Assembly (NCBI GenBank): GCA_041654095.1
Contig: JBAZED010000002.1
Coordinates: 25,600-89,599, forward strand
Reading direction: 5' to 3'
Length of the DNA stretch: 64,000 bases
Source: Bacilli bacterium
GTDB taxonomy: Bacteria; Bacillota_I; Bacilli_A; RFN20; CAG-826
In this document: positions 48,627-59,037 of the stretch, piece after piece
Numbering within the stretch: the first letter of the stretch is position 1
How the letters are laid out: the number at the start of each line of letters is the position of its first letter
Program-made: the position numbers and the translations under genes
Notes under the pieces: generated by a model
What the model was told of the DNA's origin: nothing
Database searches by the model: none
The model's input: only the letters and a program-made list of their open reading frames with translations

Positions 48627-48737
48627 ACTGACAAATAAAATATTACAACAATAAAAACCGAGAAGGTAGAATCAAAGTATTTTTCAATGCCTTGTCGAAG
48701 TGGTCTTGCTATAATAATTTAAGTAGGTAATTGCAAA

Positions 48738-49289
48738 ATGAAATTAATCGTCGGCCTTGGCAACCCGGGCAAGAAATATGAAAGAACGCGCCACAACCTC
48801 GGATATCGCGTCGTTGACAATCTCGCCGATACCTTGGGGTTTAATATCGATAAAGAAGCGTTTGACGGCCTCTATGCTAAGGAAGTCATTTTTGATGAAC
48901 AAGTCATCTTTTTTAAACCGGCGACCTTCATGAATCTATCTGGTGTTGCCGTTCAAAAAATCAAAGCCTACTTCGATATTGATCTTCAAGACATTTTGAT
49001 TGTTTTTGACGACATGGCCTTGGAGCCCGGTCGCATTCGCCTACGTCCTTCGGGCACAAGCGGTGGGCATAACGGAATCCAAAACATTATTGACATTCTA
49101 AAGACTGAAGACATCAAAAGGATGCGCATCGGAATCGGCGAGCCAGAATTCTCAGGCATCGATTACGTCCTCGAAAAACCGACCAAAGAGCAACAGAAAT
49201 TACTCGATATCGCAATCGGTGAAGCCAGTGAGGCTCTCAAAGAATACTTGAGAAACGGTTTCAATTCCGCTATGGCAAAATATAACTAA
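48738..49289 (+). CDS. pth: peptidyl-tRNA hydrolase
   Basis: 183 aa MKLIVGLGNPGKKYERTRHNLGY...; canonical Pth. Confidence 0.92.
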   Translation: MKLIVGLGNPGKKYERTRHNLGYRVVDNLADTLGFNIDKEAFDGLYAKEVIFDEQVIFFKPATFMNLSGVAVQKIKAYFDIDLQDILIVFDDMALEPGRIRLRPSGTSGGHNGIQNIIDILKTEDIKRMRIGIGEPEFSGIDYVLEKPTKEQQKLLDIAIGEASEALKEYLRNGFNSAMAKYN

Positions 49290-49300
49290 GAGGTAATTAT

Positions 49301-52300
49301 CTGAGCGAACTCCTAAAAAGCATCGAAAGTTCAAAAGCCGTCACCTCCCTCCTCGCCAAAAGAGGGACTTTTGTCGTTGATGACACAATTGGAATTTCGC
49401 TACTATTTGCTGCTCTTTTTCGCAAAAAGAAAGCTAATTATACGGTTATTACATCCAATTTATACAATGCCCAAAACGTTTATGAATTGCTGGGTAGTCT
49501 AATCGGTGACGACAATGTCCTGCTCTTCCCAAATGACGATTTGTTGCGAGCTGAAACCATCACTTCTTCCAAGGAATTGATGGCCCAACGGCTCTATGTC
49601 ATGAGCGAGCTGCGAAAAGCGGATGGCAAAATAGTCGTTATGCACATCTCGTCGCTAATGCGCTTCTTGCCATCCCCGAGGCTTTTTGACGAATTGAGCT
49701 TTCGCCTTCATGTCGGTCAGAAATCCAATCTTCTTACTTTAAGGGAAAAACTGACGCGAGGCGGGTACTCACGGGTCGGCAAAATCGATCAGAGCATGCA
49801 GTTTGCATCTCGCGGTGATATTTTAGATATTTTTAGCGTCAACCAGGTGCGTCCGGTTCGCATCGAATTTTTTGGCGACGAAATTGAATCCATTCGCTAT
49901 TTTGACATCGCGACGCAGACATCGAATGACGTTATTGATCAAATTGATATCACGCCCGCAAACGATGTTCTTTTTACTGAAGATGAAATTGAAGAGCTAC
50001 AAGTAAATCTCGAACAGCAAGCCTACAAAGATGGAGCCATGCTCACAACCGACGAAAAAGAAAACCTTCTCAGCGTATCAAAAGAGGATTTCGAGAGGAT
50101 TAAAGAAGGGTATATCCACCCGCGAAATTACAAATATTATGGCTATGCTCAAAGGGATCATTTTTCGATTTTAGATTACGCGAATTTCGAATTGGTTTTT
50201 GCCGTTAATAAAGAGGCTCTTTTCGCCTCTCAAGAATTGTATCAAGACGAGGCGCGCATGTTTTTGGAAGAACTCGTCGAGAGGGGAAAAATCATTTCTC
50301 ATCTGGAGATATATCAAAATTGGGACAGCGTTTTTAAAGGGCGCAACAAACCGCTCTTCAGCAAAAAATACGTCGAAACACTCGCTGAAATCGAGTTTAG
50401 AGTTCGACCCATCTTCTCGTCGAGCACTTCCTATATGAACGTTCTGCCGACGATTGAGTCTTATCTCTCATCCAATGACAAGGTCGTTTTAGCCTTATCA
50501 AACAAGCAACAATTCGATACCGTCAGCGGCATTTTAAAAGATGCTAACATCCATTACGATGCGCTGAGCGGACTCGAGCTTCCCAAACAGCATTTAGGCC
50601 TAGCCATCTACGACATCAACGAAGGATTTGAACTTGTTGATGAACGTATTTGCGTCCTCTCTAGCAAGGAACTTTTGGGCTATAAAACGCATCGCTCACG
50701 ATTCATGAATCGCTTTAAGGAGTCGACAATTCTCAAATCGTTCGACGAGCTCGAAAGCGGAGATTACGTTGTTCACGAATACAATGGTATCGGTCAATTT
50801 ATCGATATCGTCACTTTGGAACTCGATGGTAAAAAGCGTGACTTTTTGCATATTGCATACGCGGGAACTGATGTTCTTTATGTGCCTCTATCCCAATTCC
50901 GATTAATTAGGAAATATGCTGGTAAAGAAGGAGCTAGCCCTAAACTCAATAGGCTCGGCGGAATCGAATGGGAGAAGACAAAATCCAAGATTAAAAACCG
51001 CGTCAACGAACTGGCGGAAAGATTGGTGGCACTCTACAAAGAGCGAATTGAAACACGCGGTTTCGCATTCGAGAAAGATGACGCGATTCAGCAGATGTTC
51101 GAAGACGAGTTTCCGTTTGAATTAACCACTGATCAAAAGGAAGCTCTCGACGAGATTAAGGCCGATATGGAGAAGTCAGAAGTGATGGACCGCCTTCTCT
51201 GCGGAGATGTCGGATTTGGCAAAACCGAAGTCGCTTTTCGCGCGGCTTTTAAAGCTATATCAAACGGAAAACAAGTCGCTATTTTATGTCCTACGACCTT
51301 GTTGGCCCGGCAGCATTATGAGCGCGCTGTCGAGCGTTTTGCGAATTTTGGTGTGCGAATTGCAGTGTTTTCGCGTTTAATCCCCGACGCTCCACAGAGG
51401 CAATACCTCAAACAAGTCGAAAGCGGCGAGGTCGGCCTTGTCATCGGAACGCACCGCCTTCTGTCCAAAGACATCATCTTTAAAGATCTCGGACTTTTAA
51501 TCGTCGATGAAGAACAGCGGTTTGGGGTCGAACAAAAAGAGCGGATTAAAGAATTGAAAACGACTGTTGACGTCTTGACCTTGAGCGCGACTCCGATTCC
51601 CAGGACGCTACAAATATCCTTGTTGGGCATTCGACAACTCTCGCAGATCAACACCGCCCCGATGGATCGCATGCCGATTCAGACCTATGTCACTCAATAT
51701 CGCGAGGATGTGATCAAGGAATTGATCGAACGCGAACTCGGACGCGACGGTCAAGTGTTCTATGTTCATAATCAAGTCTCCTCCATCTATCAAGTTTCCA
51801 ACCGCCTTCAGAAGAAAATCACCAATGCCAAAATTGGAGTTGTCCACGGCAAGATGGATCGCGACGAAATCGAGGATGTCATGATGAACTTCTATGCCGG
51901 CAATTTAAATATATTAGTGGCGACGTCGATTATCGAAAACGGCATCGATATCGCAAACGCAAACCTCATCATCATTGAAGATGCTGACCATTTCGGGTTG
52001 TCGCAACTTTATCAAATTAAAGGGCGCGTCGGTCGCGGCAGCCGCATCGCTTATGCCTATTTGTTCTATCGTGAATATAAGACGATTAATGAGAAAGCTG
52101 TAAAGCGTTTAAAAGCCATTCAGGATTTTACCGAACTCGGCAGCGGCTACAAAATCGCCCAGCGCGATTTGATGATCCGCGGGGCTGGCGACATCCTCGG
52201 ACCCGAGCAAGCCGGTTTTATCGATTCGGTCGGAATCGACCTCTATTTGAAAATGCTCTCCGAAGCCATTGAAGAAAAGAAAACGGGGACCATCGTTCCC

Positions 52301-52771
52301 GAACCCAGAGCCGCGCACTTGTTTAACGTCGAAGCTTACATTCCCGGAAATTACGCCGAGAAAAAAGACAAGATTGAACTATATCAAGAAATCGAATCGG
52401 CTAAGACGATTGAATCTCTATCGAAGGTCACCCAAAGAATGCGCGATGTCTATGGTCGATTGCCACGCGAAGTTGAAACCTTGCTTCGTCAGAGACGAAT
52501 CGATCTGCTATCGTCCGGAAAGGCCTTTTCAGAAATACTGGAATACAACGATGAAATCGCCATCTCGCTTTCGCGCGAATTTTCGTCGATTAACGGAATC
52601 GGAAACGCCCTTTTTGAAAGGATTGTGCCGTATCTTTCCCGCGTTAAAGTGTCATACATTCAGCGCATTTTGAAAATTAGGCTCAGGAAGAGCGGCGATT
52701 GGCTCAACGAGCTCGAAGAGATTTTAACAATCATTTCCGAGCTCCATAATGTTAGTGTTAAAAAACACTAG
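49301..52771 (+). CDS. mfd: transcription-repair coupling factor Mfd (start codon uncertain, probably non-canonical)
   Basis: The frame is open from the stop at 49283. Residues 49301-49486 (LSELLKSIESSKAVTSLLAKRGTFVVDD...NLYNAQNVYELL) align to the Mfd N-terminal domain. They contain no in-frame ATG, GTG or TTG before 49487. A candidate CTG at 49301 lies 7 nt after AAGAGG. Helicase motifs GDVGFGKTEVA and DEEQRFGV, and a TRG motif region. Confidence 0.88.
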   Translation: MSELLKSIESSKAVTSLLAKRGTFVVDDTIGISLLFAALFRKKKANYTVITSNLYNAQNVYELLGSLIGDDNVLLFPNDDLLRAETITSSKELMAQRLYVMSELRKADGKIVVMHISSLMRFLPSPRLFDELSFRLHVGQKSNLLTLREKLTRGGYSRVGKIDQSMQFASRGDILDIFSVNQVRPVRIEFFGDEIESIRYFDIATQTSNDVIDQIDITPANDVLFTEDEIEELQVNLEQQAYKDGAMLTTDEKENLLSVSKEDFERIKEGYIHPRNYKYYGYAQRDHFSILDYANFELVFAVNKEALFASQELYQDEARMFLEELVERGKIISHLEIYQNWDSVFKGRNKPLFSKKYVETLAEIEFRVRPIFSSSTSYMNVLPTIESYLSSNDKVVLALSNKQQFDTVSGILKDANIHYDALSGLELPKQHLGLAIYDINEGFELVDERICVLSSKELLGYKTHRSRFMNRFKESTILKSFDELESGDYVVHEYNGIGQFIDIVTLELDGKKRDFLHIAYAGTDVLYVPLSQFRLIRKYAGKEGASPKLNRLGGIEWEKTKSKIKNRVNELAERLVALYKERIETRGFAFEKDDAIQQMFEDEFPFELTTDQKEALDEIKADMEKSEVMDRLLCGDVGFGKTEVAFRAAFKAISNGKQVAILCPTTLLARQHYERAVERFANFGVRIAVFSRLIPDAPQRQYLKQVESGEVGLVIGTHRLLSKDIIFKDLGLLIVDEEQRFGVEQKERIKELKTTVDVLTLSATPIPRTLQISLLGIRQLSQINTAPMDRMPIQTYVTQYREDVIKELIERELGRDGQVFYVHNQVSSIYQVSNRLQKKITNAKIGVVHGKMDRDEIEDVMMNFYAGNLNILVATSIIENGIDIANANLIIIEDADHFGLSQLYQIKGRVGRGSRIAYAYLFYREYKTINEKAVKRLKAIQDFTELGSGYKIAQRDLMIRGAGDILGPEQAGFIDSVGIDLYLKMLSEAIEEKKTGTIVPEPRAAHLFNVEAYIPGNYAEKKDKIELYQEIESAKTIESLSKVTQRMRDVYGRLPREVETLLRQRRIDLLSSGKAFSEILEYNDEIAISLSREFSSINGIGNALFERIVPYLSRVKVSYIQRILKIRLRKSGDWLNELEEILTIISELHNVSVKKH

Positions 52772-52789
52772 GGGTTGTAAAATAGGAAT

Positions 52790-53059
52790 ATGAGGCTAGA
52801 TCGTTATTTAAAGGTATCGCGCCTTATTAAAAGGCGAACCGTCGCCAAAGAGATCGCTGATGGCGGCAGTATTTTGGCAAACGGCAAAGTGGCCAAACCT
52901 TCGACCGACATAAAAATCGGCGATGAGTTGGAATTGAGGCTCGGGCGCCATCTCATCGGCGTCAAAGTCTTGTTGCTCCTCGACCACGCCGGGGCACTCG
53001 AAGCGGAGACCATGTATGAAGTTCTATATCAAGACAGCATGTCTGAGAGGAGATCGTAA
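52790..53059 (+). CDS. S4-domain RNA-binding protein (YabO/RqcP-like)
   Basis: 89 aa. MRLDRYLKVSRLIKRRTVAKEIADGGSILANGKVAKPS is an S4 domain. Conserved position downstream of mfd. Confidence 0.7.
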   Translation: MRLDRYLKVSRLIKRRTVAKEIADGGSILANGKVAKPSTDIKIGDELELRLGRHLIGVKVLLLLDHAGALEAETMYEVLYQDSMSERRS

Positions 53060-53060
53060 T

Positions 53061-54290
53061 ATGCAGATTAACTATCCAATCAATAGCGATGCGACGTATT
53101 TAGTGGCCTGCTCTTATGGTCCGGACTCGATGACTCTCCTCCATCTACTGATGGGAAAGACATCAAAAATCGTTGTTTGCCACGTCAATTACCACAAGCG
53201 CAACATCAGCACTTTTGAAGAGGATTCACTCAGGATTTTTTGTATGGAGCACAATTTGGTTTTCGAGAAGATTGACGCACCGACAAAAGCTTCAGGCAAT
53301 TTCCAATCTTGGGCGCGGGAGTTTCGCTACGACTTCTTCGCAGACATGTATAAAAGGTATGGCGCTTCCGCTCTTTTTGTCGCCCATCAACAAGATGATT
53401 TAATCGAGACTTATCTCATTCAAAAACAACGGAAAAACCGCGTCAATTACTTTGGCATTGAACCGATTATCGAGATGAAAAACATGATGATTGTTCGCCC
53501 TTTATTGTCGTTTTCGAAACAAGATCTTCTAGATTATTGTCACGAAAACCACGTGCCGTTTTCGATTGATGTGAGCAACTTTGAGACAAAGTATCTGCGC
53601 AATAAAATCCGCCTTCAAGTCGTCGCAAAATTAACGGAGATCGAGCGCTACCAAATCTTAAAGGAAATCAGCGAGAATAACGTCGCGTTGTCATCGCGAA
53701 AAAGTGTGGCCGATGCGAAAACCGCGGGTCGAAAAGAGCTGCTTATTTCCGGCCTATTAGAACTATGTGAAAGCGATTTTGATGAGACGATTATCTCTTT
53801 CCTCAAACAGAGCAAAAAATTTGTACCCCTCAGCGAAAAGCAACTTCTTGAAATTCGCAATATCTGTCGGTCAGAAAATCCCAATATCGACATTCCGCTG
53901 ACGATTGGTCTCAGCCTCCTCAAAGAATATGATGTCCTCGTCATCAGCGAGCAACTGCGTAACAGCCCATATGAATTCGTCTTAGAAAAGCCGGGTGCAC
54001 TCGACACCGAATACTTCGCTATCGATTTCTCAAAAGGCGCTGAAGATAGGAATATTCACCTCGATGATTACCCTCTGACAATTCGGACGTTTCGACCGAA
54101 AGACAAGTATCAAGTTGGCAAAAATCTCTGCGAAGTTCGCCGCCTCTTCATCGATTGGAAAATGCCGATGCGCCTCCGCACCAGCTGGCCGCTCGTCGTC
54201 AATATGCATGGGACAATAATATATGTCCCAAGGTACCGCAAAAATTTTGTCGAGACAAAAACGTCTAAGTTTGTCATTAAGGTAGTATAA
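53061..54290 (+). CDS. tilS: tRNA(Ile)-lysidine synthetase
   Basis: Start set at ATG 53061 (MQINYPINSDATYLVACSYGPDSMTLLHLL) with GAGAGGA SD. PP-loop SGGxDS variant (SYGPDS). Confidence 0.85.
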   Translation: MQINYPINSDATYLVACSYGPDSMTLLHLLMGKTSKIVVCHVNYHKRNISTFEEDSLRIFCMEHNLVFEKIDAPTKASGNFQSWAREFRYDFFADMYKRYGASALFVAHQQDDLIETYLIQKQRKNRVNYFGIEPIIEMKNMMIVRPLLSFSKQDLLDYCHENHVPFSIDVSNFETKYLRNKIRLQVVAKLTEIERYQILKEISENNVALSSRKSVADAKTAGRKELLISGLLELCESDFDETIISFLKQSKKFVPLSEKQLLEIRNICRSENPNIDIPLTIGLSLLKEYDVLVISEQLRNSPYEFVLEKPGALDTEYFAIDFSKGAEDRNIHLDDYPLTIRTFRPKDKYQVGKNLCEVRRLFIDWKMPMRLRTSWPLVVNMHGTIIYVPRYRKNFVETKTSKFVIKVV

Positions 54291-54460
54291 CTACCTTGCG
54301 GAACTGCATTAGCATATTTAACGGCATTTGTATTCAAAATAATTAATTATATTGTTATGAATTAAGGTGGTTGTTGTTTATAATTTATTCTACTTATGCA
54401 AAACATCATTTCTCCACTTATTTAATATATTAATGTCAGCGTTTTATCTCAGGAGGTCAT

Positions 54461-56494
54461 ATGAACGAAGCAAAACCTAGAAAATCATTATTTGGATACA
54501 TTCTCCCCTACTTGTTGATGGCGGTGGCCATTTTCGCTTTTGTCTGGCTCATCGTCTCGATGCAGGGCAAACCCGACGTCTGGTACTTGTCCGGAAATCC
54601 GGTGGCAAAGAATGACCTCGATACAAATCTAAAAGCCTATATTGTCAAAACAGCAACGAGCAGTTCTGGCTATCAAACCACTAAAGTGAGCGGCACGTAT
54701 TTTGATCCCGACAAAAATGCCGAAGGAACTTACGAAGTGATGATTCCGAACGAACAATTCAAGGATTCATTTACAGTATTAGATGAGGACGGTGCAATCT
54801 CTCCTATCGAACACCCGAGTTATTCATCGCTTTTCGCGGCGGAAATTCAGGAATATAACGCCCACTTTCCCGAAGCCAATAACGGCGCCTATTTTGTCGA
54901 CACCGATGCCTTCGAAGTCAGCTGGTGGCAGAACTGGGGTCCGACCATCTTACTCCTCGGCGGTGTCGTTATCGTCTCATTGTTTTTCTTTTCGCGGCTC
55001 AATAACTCAGTTAACAGCTCAAACACGAAAGCTATGGATTTCAATCGCTCTCGCGCCCGTCGCGAAGATAGCACCAAGATTCGCTTTAGCGATGTCGCTG
55101 GCTGCGACGAAGAAAAAGCGGAAATGGTCGAAATCGTCCAATATTTAAAAGAGCCGCGGAAGTTCTCCAAGTTCGGAGCGAAACTGCCGAAAGGCGTCCT
55201 CCTCGTCGGTCCGCCTGGTACGGGCAAAACCTTGCTGGCGAAAGCGGTGGCGGGCGAAGCCGGCGTCCCTTTCTATTCGATCTCCGGTTCTGATTTTGTC
55301 GAGATGTTTGTCGGCGTCGGCGCAGGTCGTGTCCGCGATATGTTTAGAAAAGCCAAGCAAACCGCTCCATGTCTCGTCTTTATCGATGAACTCGACGCTG
55401 TCGGCCGGCAAAGAGGTGCAGGTCTCGGCGGTGGTAACGATGAACGCGAACAAACCCTCAACCAATTATTGGTTGAATTAGACGGATTCTCCGACAATTC
55501 AGGCATTATCGTCATCGCAGCCACCAACCGCGAAGACGTCCTCGATCCAGCTTTGTTGAGAGCTGGTCGTTTCGATCGCCAAATCACCGTCAACCTTCCC
55601 GACCGCAAAGGCCGTGAAGAGATATTTAAAGTCCACGCTCGTGGCAAGATAATCGACGAGAAGATTGATTTTGAACAACTAGCGCGCCGCACCGTCGGTT
55701 TTTCCGGCGCTGATATCGCCAACATTTTAAACGAAGCAGCGATTCTCGCTGTCCGCGGCGGAAAAGATCGCGTTACGATGAAAGAGATCGATGAAGCCAT
55801 CGATCGCCGCATCGCCGGACCCGCCAAAACTTCGCGCGCCCTGAATCCGCATGAGCGCAAATCCATCGCCTATCACGAAGCCGGCCATGCGATTATCGGC
55901 CTCAATTTAAAGCATTCGGATAAAGTCCAAAAAATTACGATTATCCCTCGGGGAAGAACCGGCGGTCACGTCATGATGACACCCGAAGAAGATCGCTTCT
56001 TGCTCACCAAAAAGGAACTTGAAGCGCGAATCATCGGTTATCTCGGCGGACGTTCAGCCGAAGAAATATTCTTCGACGACATTTCGACCGGCGCCCACAA
56101 CGACATCGAAGTCGCGACGCACATCGCCCGCTTGATGGTCACAGAGTATGGGATGAGTTCGCTTGGACCCATCCAATATGAAAAGGATTCCGGTTCTGTT
56201 TTCTTAGGTCGTGACTACACTTCGACCCAGAAGAATTTCTCGACGCAGATCGCTTTTGAAATTGACACCGAAGTCCGCCACATCATCGCCGATGCTCACA
56301 CGACGGCCCGAGCCATCATCGCCGAGCATAAAGACGATGTTATTTTGATTGCCGAAACACTTCTTGAGCGCGAGACGATCACCGCTGAAGAAATCGAATA
56401 CCTCCTGAAAAATCGCGCGATGCCGAAAGATGAGCCTCTCGATGTTCCGGTTCCGGCTCCTGAATTAGCGAGCGAAAAAGGAGACAGCAAATAG
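54461..56494 (+). CDS. ftsH: ATP-dependent zinc metalloprotease FtsH (with extended extracytoplasmic domain)
   Basis: 677 aa. Walker [17 protein letters not shown], and zinc motif HEAGHA. About 130 residues lie between TM1 and TM2. Confidence 0.95.
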   Translation: MNEAKPRKSLFGYILPYLLMAVAIFAFVWLIVSMQGKPDVWYLSGNPVAKNDLDTNLKAYIVKTATSSSGYQTTKVSGTYFDPDKNAEGTYEVMIPNEQFKDSFTVLDEDGAISPIEHPSYSSLFAAEIQEYNAHFPEANNGAYFVDTDAFEVSWWQNWGPTILLLGGVVIVSLFFFSRLNNSVNSSNTKAMDFNRSRARREDSTKIRFSDVAGCDEEKAEMVEIVQYLKEPRKFSKFGAKLPKGVLLVGPPGTGKTLLAKAVAGEAGVPFYSISGSDFVEMFVGVGAGRVRDMFRKAKQTAPCLVFIDELDAVGRQRGAGLGGGNDEREQTLNQLLVELDGFSDNSGIIVIAATNREDVLDPALLRAGRFDRQITVNLPDRKGREEIFKVHARGKIIDEKIDFEQLARRTVGFSGADIANILNEAAILAVRGGKDRVTMKEIDEAIDRRIAGPAKTSRALNPHERKSIAYHEAGHAIIGLNLKHSDKVQKITIIPRGRTGGHVMMTPEEDRFLLTKKELEARIIGYLGGRSAEEIFFDDISTGAHNDIEVATHIARLMVTEYGMSSLGPIQYEKDSGSVFLGRDYTSTQKNFSTQIAFEIDTEVRHIIADAHTTARAIIAEHKDDVILIAETLLERETITAEEIEYLLKNRAMPKDEPLDVPVPAPELASEKGDSK

Positions 56495-56515
56495 GAAGGG
56501 AAACCTTCCTTTTTT
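56493..56515 (+). terminator. intrinsic terminator after ftsH (AGGAAGG-gaaa-CCTTCCT then TTTTT)
   Basis: The hairpin begins at the ftsH stop codon. The T-run ends 4 nt before the dusB ATG. Confidence 0.6.
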
Positions 56516-56519
56516 AAAT

Positions 56520-57482
56520 ATGTGGAAGATTGCAAACATCGAGATTAACTCGCGAGTCGTGTTAGGTCCGATGGCCGGCATAACCTCGCAGGCCTACCGC
56601 CTCTTTATGAAGCCTTTCGGAGTCGGTTTGAGCTTTACCGAAATGGTCAGTGACTGCGGTCTTTTCTATGGAAACGCCAATACCTTCACTTATCTACCTG
56701 ACGCAAATACCGATCATCCAGTCGGCCTTCAAATCTTCGGAAGTAAAATCGAAAATGTGCAAAAAGCCATTGAAATTATTCAAAAAGCCAATATATCCTA
56801 TGATTTTCTCGATTTGAATTTCGGCTGTCCGGTCCCTAAAGTCACGAAGACAGGGGCTGGTTCGTCATGGCTTAAAAAGCCGCAAAAACTCCAAGAATAT
56901 GTTTCGCAAGTTGTCGCCTTGTCCTCTAAACCCGTGACGGCCAAAATCCGTCTGGGATGGAGCGATAAGAACGTTAATTTTGAAAATGTGGTGGAGCGGC
57001 TAGAAAAAGCTGGCGTGGCAGCCATTACCATCCATGCGCGGACGACAGAGCAGATGTATGTTGGCAAAGCCAGCTGGGTAGCCCTAAAAGGTCTTAAAGA
57101 GAAGATGGGTGTTCCTTTGATAATCAGCGGCGATATCTTTACCTTGGATGACGCTCTTCGCGCATTGGAAATAACAAACGCCGATGCCGTCATGGTCGCG
57201 CGAGGCGCAGTCGGCAACCCACACTTAGTTCGCCAAATCGATACCTACTTGAAAGATGGTGCGCGGCTGCCCGACGCTACGCTGAGCGAACAAAAAACAT
57301 ACATACGCCAATTTTCTGAACTCCTTATTAAGGAGAAAGGCGAGAAGCAAGCGATGATGATCATGCGCGGCATCGCTCCCCGGTTTCTAAATGGCTATCC
57401 AGGGATGAAAGCGACGAAGAATACCATCAGCACGACCGTGAACACAAAAGCTGATTTAGAGGCTATTTTAGATTTGATTTAG
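56520..57482 (+). CDS. dusB: tRNA-dihydrouridine synthase
   Basis: 320 aa. MAGITSQAYR, FMN-binding TIM-barrel motifs, and catalytic Cys (NFGCPVPKV). Confidence 0.88.
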   Translation: MWKIANIEINSRVVLGPMAGITSQAYRLFMKPFGVGLSFTEMVSDCGLFYGNANTFTYLPDANTDHPVGLQIFGSKIENVQKAIEIIQKANISYDFLDLNFGCPVPKVTKTGAGSSWLKKPQKLQEYVSQVVALSSKPVTAKIRLGWSDKNVNFENVVERLEKAGVAAITIHARTTEQMYVGKASWVALKGLKEKMGVPLIISGDIFTLDDALRALEITNADAVMVARGAVGNPHLVRQIDTYLKDGARLPDATLSEQKTYIRQFSELLIKEKGEKQAMMIMRGIAPRFLNGYPGMKATKNTISTTVNTKADLEAILDLI

Positions 57483-57552
57483 TAATTCACCGTTCGGTTT
57501 GAAAACGAGCGCTTTAATGATATGCTTATATAAGCAAAAGAGGACCGCACTT

Positions 57553-59037
57553 ATGATAGATGAGACCTTAACTGACCAAGAAAAAGTTCGACGCGAAAAA
57601 CTCAATAAATACCGCGAATTAGGAGTGGATCCCTTTGGTCAAAAATACGATAAAAGTCACGATGTTTCGCAAATTATCGAATTGGTAAAAGGCAAGACTA
57701 ACGAAGAGTTAGAAGTCTTAAACCTCCACGTTAAAGTTGCCGGTCGCATCATGGCCATTCGTAGAATGGGAAAAGCCTCTTTCGTCAATATTAAGGACCG
57801 CAGCGGTTCGATTCAAGGCTATATCGGAATTGATATCGTCGGCGAAAAGTCCTATGAAGTATTTCGCCTCGCCGATTTCGGCGACATCGTCGGTCTCGCC
57901 GGCCGCGTCATGCTAACCCGCACAGGCGAAATCACGGTGCGCGTCGAAGAGTATACGCATTTGACCAAAGCCCTTCGTCCCCTCCCCGAAAAATTTCACG
58001 GCCTAACCGATGTCGAAGAGAGATATCGCCGCCGCTATGTCGACTTGATTGTCAATGATGAATCGCGGCGCATCGCTTTACTTCGTCCTCAGGTCATTCG
58101 CGCTATGCAAAATTATTTTGATAGCCAAGGCTTTGTCGAAGTCGAAACGAGCGTTCTCTCGCCGATTCTCGGCGGCGCCAACGCCCGCCCCTTTGTGACT
58201 CATCACAACGCCTTAGATAAAAACTTTTATCTCCGCATCGCCACCGAGTTGCCTCTAAAGAAACTCATGGTCGGCGGCATCGAACGCGTCTATGAAATCG
58301 GTCGCCTCTTCCGCAACGAAGGAATGGACACCCGCCACAACCCCGAATTTACGACCGTTGAATTATATCAAGCTTTTGGCAATCTCGATGATATGCGCCA
58401 TCTCGCCGAAAACGTTCTGCGCGAGACAGCCCTCAAAGTATTGGGCACAGCCCAAGTTACTTGGGGTGACAGAATCATCGATCTCGGCTCACCATTTAGA
58501 TGGGTCTCGATGGTCGATCTCGTCAAGGAGAAATCCGGCGTTGATTTCAGTGTCAATATGACGTTTGAACAGGCTAAAAAGATAGCTGAAAAACATGACA
58601 TTCATGTTGAAAAGCACATGACCGGCGTCGGTCACATCATCAACGAATTCTTTGATAAATATTGCGAAGAAGGCCTCATTCAGCCGACGTTCGTCCACGC
58701 TTATCCAATCGAAATTTCGCCGCTGACCAAAAAGAGCCCTGACCCGCGTTTCGTCGAGCGGTTCGAGCTGTTTATCGGCGGTACCGAGTTCGCTAATGCC
58801 TACACCGAACTAAATGACCCCATCGATCAAAAAGAGAGATTCTTGGCGCAGTTAAAAGCCAAGGAATTAGGCGATGAAGAAGCCAATGAAATGGATACTG
58901 ATTTCTTGGAAGCTCTCGAATATGGAATGCCGCCCGCCGGAGGCATCGGAATGGGCATCGACCGGATCATTATGTTGATGGCCAATCAAGCCTCGATTCG
59001 CGAAGTCATTTTGTTCCCTTGCATGAGGGATAAATAA
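57553..59037 (+). CDS. lysS: lysyl-tRNA synthetase (class II)
   Basis: Start set at ATG 57553 (MIDETLTDQEKVRREKLNKYRELGVDPFG) with AAGAGGA SD. Class II motifs FRNEG and GGIGMGIDRIIML. Confidence 0.95.
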   Translation: MIDETLTDQEKVRREKLNKYRELGVDPFGQKYDKSHDVSQIIELVKGKTNEELEVLNLHVKVAGRIMAIRRMGKASFVNIKDRSGSIQGYIGIDIVGEKSYEVFRLADFGDIVGLAGRVMLTRTGEITVRVEEYTHLTKALRPLPEKFHGLTDVEERYRRRYVDLIVNDESRRIALLRPQVIRAMQNYFDSQGFVEVETSVLSPILGGANARPFVTHHNALDKNFYLRIATELPLKKLMVGGIERVYEIGRLFRNEGMDTRHNPEFTTVELYQAFGNLDDMRHLAENVLRETALKVLGTAQVTWGDRIIDLGSPFRWVSMVDLVKEKSGVDFSVNMTFEQAKKIAEKHDIHVEKHMTGVGHIINEFFDKYCEEGLIQPTFVHAYPIEISPLTKKSPDPRFVERFELFIGGTEFANAYTELNDPIDQKERFLAQLKAKELGDEEANEMDTDFLEALEYGMPPAGGIGMGIDRIIMLMANQASIREVILFPCMRDK

